Positions 38,190-39,963 of a DNA stretch of 39,963 bases are shown here, piece after piece. How positions within the stretch are numbered: position 1 is the first letter of the stretch; every line of letters starts with the position of its first letter. Made by a program: the position numbers and the translations under genes. Under the pieces are notes generated by a model that saw only the letters and a list, made by a program, of their open reading frames with translations, searched no databases and was not told where the DNA came from. The stretch is taken from the sequence record SRR2962707_1872. The stretch is one strand, 5' to 3'.

Positions 38190-39386
38190 TTACGGGCGAT
38201 GGGTCATCCGCCATTGGGTTGGCGTTTGATCCGTCACCTTTTTGAAACTCGTATTGAAGGTTGATTTGGCATTAAAGCCGACGTCTTCGCTTATCTCGAT
38301 GACAGTCTTCTCTGTGTTAATCAGCAAGTCACAGGCATCTCGGATGCGACATTGATTGACGTAGTCATAGAAAGACATGCCAAGTTTTGTGTTCAGAACC
38401 TCGGACAGATGAATTGACGGGATCGAGATTTCTGCGGCAAGTCCGCGCAAGTTCAAGGCGTGATTGCGCCACAGCTGGCCATCAACCATCCGGCGTTCAA
38501 GACGTGCGGCGTAACGGTCAATATCCTCGGGTTGTAACCCAGAGCGGGCATAGCGTTTGCTCTCCTCGGGTGGGACCGGGAGTGGCGTTTCCGCAGGCGT
38601 GGGCTGCTCAATAATTTCCTCGGACCAAAGCGGTAAAGGGGGCTTGGCCCGCAGCGCGAAAATTCCAAACGCACCCGCCAGAACAACATCATAAAAGAGC
38701 GAAGTGAGGCCGTCCCTTATGGATGGCGCTCCCAATAGAATTTTTATCTCATCAAAAATTACGATCAGGGCCAGACTAAAGATCGTCGCCACCAGCCCGT
38801 CCAACCATCGCAACGTCTTTCCTTCGAGGTCTGAAAACACATCCCGAATGTTTCGTTTATGCGCCACAAGGCGGCGCACGCATAGGACGCCGTAGACGAT
38901 CAGAACAATGATCCACAAAATCCAAAAGGCGGTATCTCCGGTTTCGATGAGATTGAGATGCGTTTCAGAAACGTCGCCGTTTTCGACACCCCGGCGGACA
39001 TTTCCGGGCAGGATCAAATTTGGCGATAAGCAAAGGAAACCCGCTACGAACGGCACCAGATGCACCAAGTCACGTTGACTTAAATGGGAATTCGAACTGG
39101 TGAGGGCCCGGACGTAGAAATAAAGAGAAACCAAAAAGCCCGGGATGAAAACATCATTCCAACGGAAGAACGCATTCGGTGCAGAGAACACGTCGGAATA
39201 CGCAAAAGAGTTCAGCGCATCCATTGTGTTGACCACAAAAAACGCCAGCATCGCCCAGATATGCAACTTTGGACCCGTTGTTTCCTTTAGTCTGAGAAGA
39301 AGACCAAGAATAACAAACAGGGAAATCGCTAAGGCAGCCGCGACTCCTAGATGCTCCCAATACAAGCTTTCACGGATCATCATCAT
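38190..39386 (-). CDS. AraC-family regulator with N-terminal multi-pass (~7 TM) membrane domain
   Basis: Seven hydrophobic stretches, RYARSGL linker, LSEVLN..LG.SFYDYVN..R and VGFNAKSTFN..FKK..TP double HTH; start at one of ATG 39386/39383/39380. Confidence 0.88.
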   Translation of the reverse strand: MMMIRESLYWEHLGVAAALAISLFVILGLLLRLKETTGPKLHIWAMLAFFVVNTMDALNSFAYSDVFSAPNAFFRWNDVFIPGFLVSLYFYVRALTSSNSHLSQRDLVHLVPFVAGFLCLSPNLILPGNVRRGVENGDVSETHLNLIETGDTAFWILWIIVLIVYGVLCVRRLVAHKRNIRDVFSDLEGKTLRWLDGLVATIFSLALIVIFDEIKILLGAPSIRDGLTSLFYDVVLAGAFGIFALRAKPPLPLWSEEIIEQPTPAETPLPVPPEESKRYARSGLQPEDIDRYAARLERRMVDGQLWRNHALNLRGLAAEISIPSIHLSEVLNTKLGMSFYDYVNQCRIRDACDLLINTEKTVIEISEDVGFNAKSTFNTSFKKVTDQTPTQWRMTHRP

Positions 39387-39588
39387 TGACCGGTCTTTCC
39401 CTGTTACAATTTGATGGCCGCCCAAAGACGCCCCGCCCAAGCCCATGGTATTTATTCTTCAGGATGCCACCGAGGGCAACTGCAGGATCAGCGATCCGCT
39501 GGGTTTTCATCGCCGGTGTTTTGATTTTCACGGGTCGTTTGACAGAACGGCGGGTTTGTACAAATTGAGGTCGAAAGTTGCCCGGACG

Positions 39589-39810
39589 CTAAGAGGAACC
39601 AGGGTTATTTGCGCTAGTCAGCTGAGATTCTCTGAGCATCCGATCATCCAACCAGAATTTTGAGAGCATCGAGAGGATGAGGATAAAACACTCGCGTAAA
39701 GGATCTTCGAAGAAGAAGTCTTGTTGGAGTTTGAAAGAGTCGAGATCGGCCCAAAGCCGCCGTTGGAAGTGTTCGAGTTCACCGTGGTGTAGATTCGCCG
39801 AAGTAGACAT
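39589..39810 (-). CDS. Possible small hypothetical protein (73 aa)
   Basis: ATG-started ORF in otherwise empty space; no SD or family motif recognised. Confidence 0.25.
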   Translation of the reverse strand: MSTSANLHHGELEHFQRRLWADLDSFKLQQDFFFEDPLRECFILILSMLSKFWLDDRMLRESQLTSANNPGSS

Positions 39811-39963
39811 AATCTACACTAAAGAAATTCAACAAAAGGGCCTTTATGCCCGCGCCTTCTTCATAAATAAGGATCGTTGATTTTTCTTTATGTAAGTCCA
39901 AGCAATAAAACGGCTAGTTTTTTGCCCCTGCGCCATTTCGACGACTTTAAAATCAGCAAAGAT

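Noticed and set aside
39811..39829. Minus-strand AATTTCTTTAGTGTAGATT resembles a Cas12a direct repeat
   Set aside because: Single copy, lacks the TCTAC stem arm, no spacers and no cas genes; treated as coincidence.

Overview
Alphaproteobacterial (Rhodobacteraceae/roseobacter-like by gene content; GC roughly mid-50s % by eye) accessory metabolic region made of back-to-back uptake/catabolism cassettes. From left to right: (1) an organosulfonate (DHPS/sulfolactate) cluster hpsN(partial)-hpsO-hpsP-suyA-suyB-comC-YeiH/TauZ-type exporter-usp, followed by a PlsC-superfamily acyltransferase; (2) an AfuABC-like ABC importer with a convergent inositol-monophosphatase-family gene; (3) a LacI-controlled PotABCD-like ABC importer with an atypical nucleoside hydrolase and adenine deaminase; (4) a minimal divergent ectoine-catabolism trio doeD / doeA-doeB; (5) TetR / SnoaL-like + EasG/NmrA-like reductase; (6) LysR / ugpBAEC + glycerophosphodiesterase; (7) an uncharacterised minus-strand module of a ~7-TM membrane-anchored AraC regulator, glycine-zipper lipoprotein, small ORF, NAD(P)-binding protein, DUF4386-like membrane protein, serine hydrolase and an alpha/beta hydrolase broken by one in-frame TAG. 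Operator-like palindromes for the LacI, TetR and LysR regulators are visible. No rRNA, tRNA, CRISPR array, transposase or integrase was recognised. All family assignments come from motif recognition by eye, not database searches.
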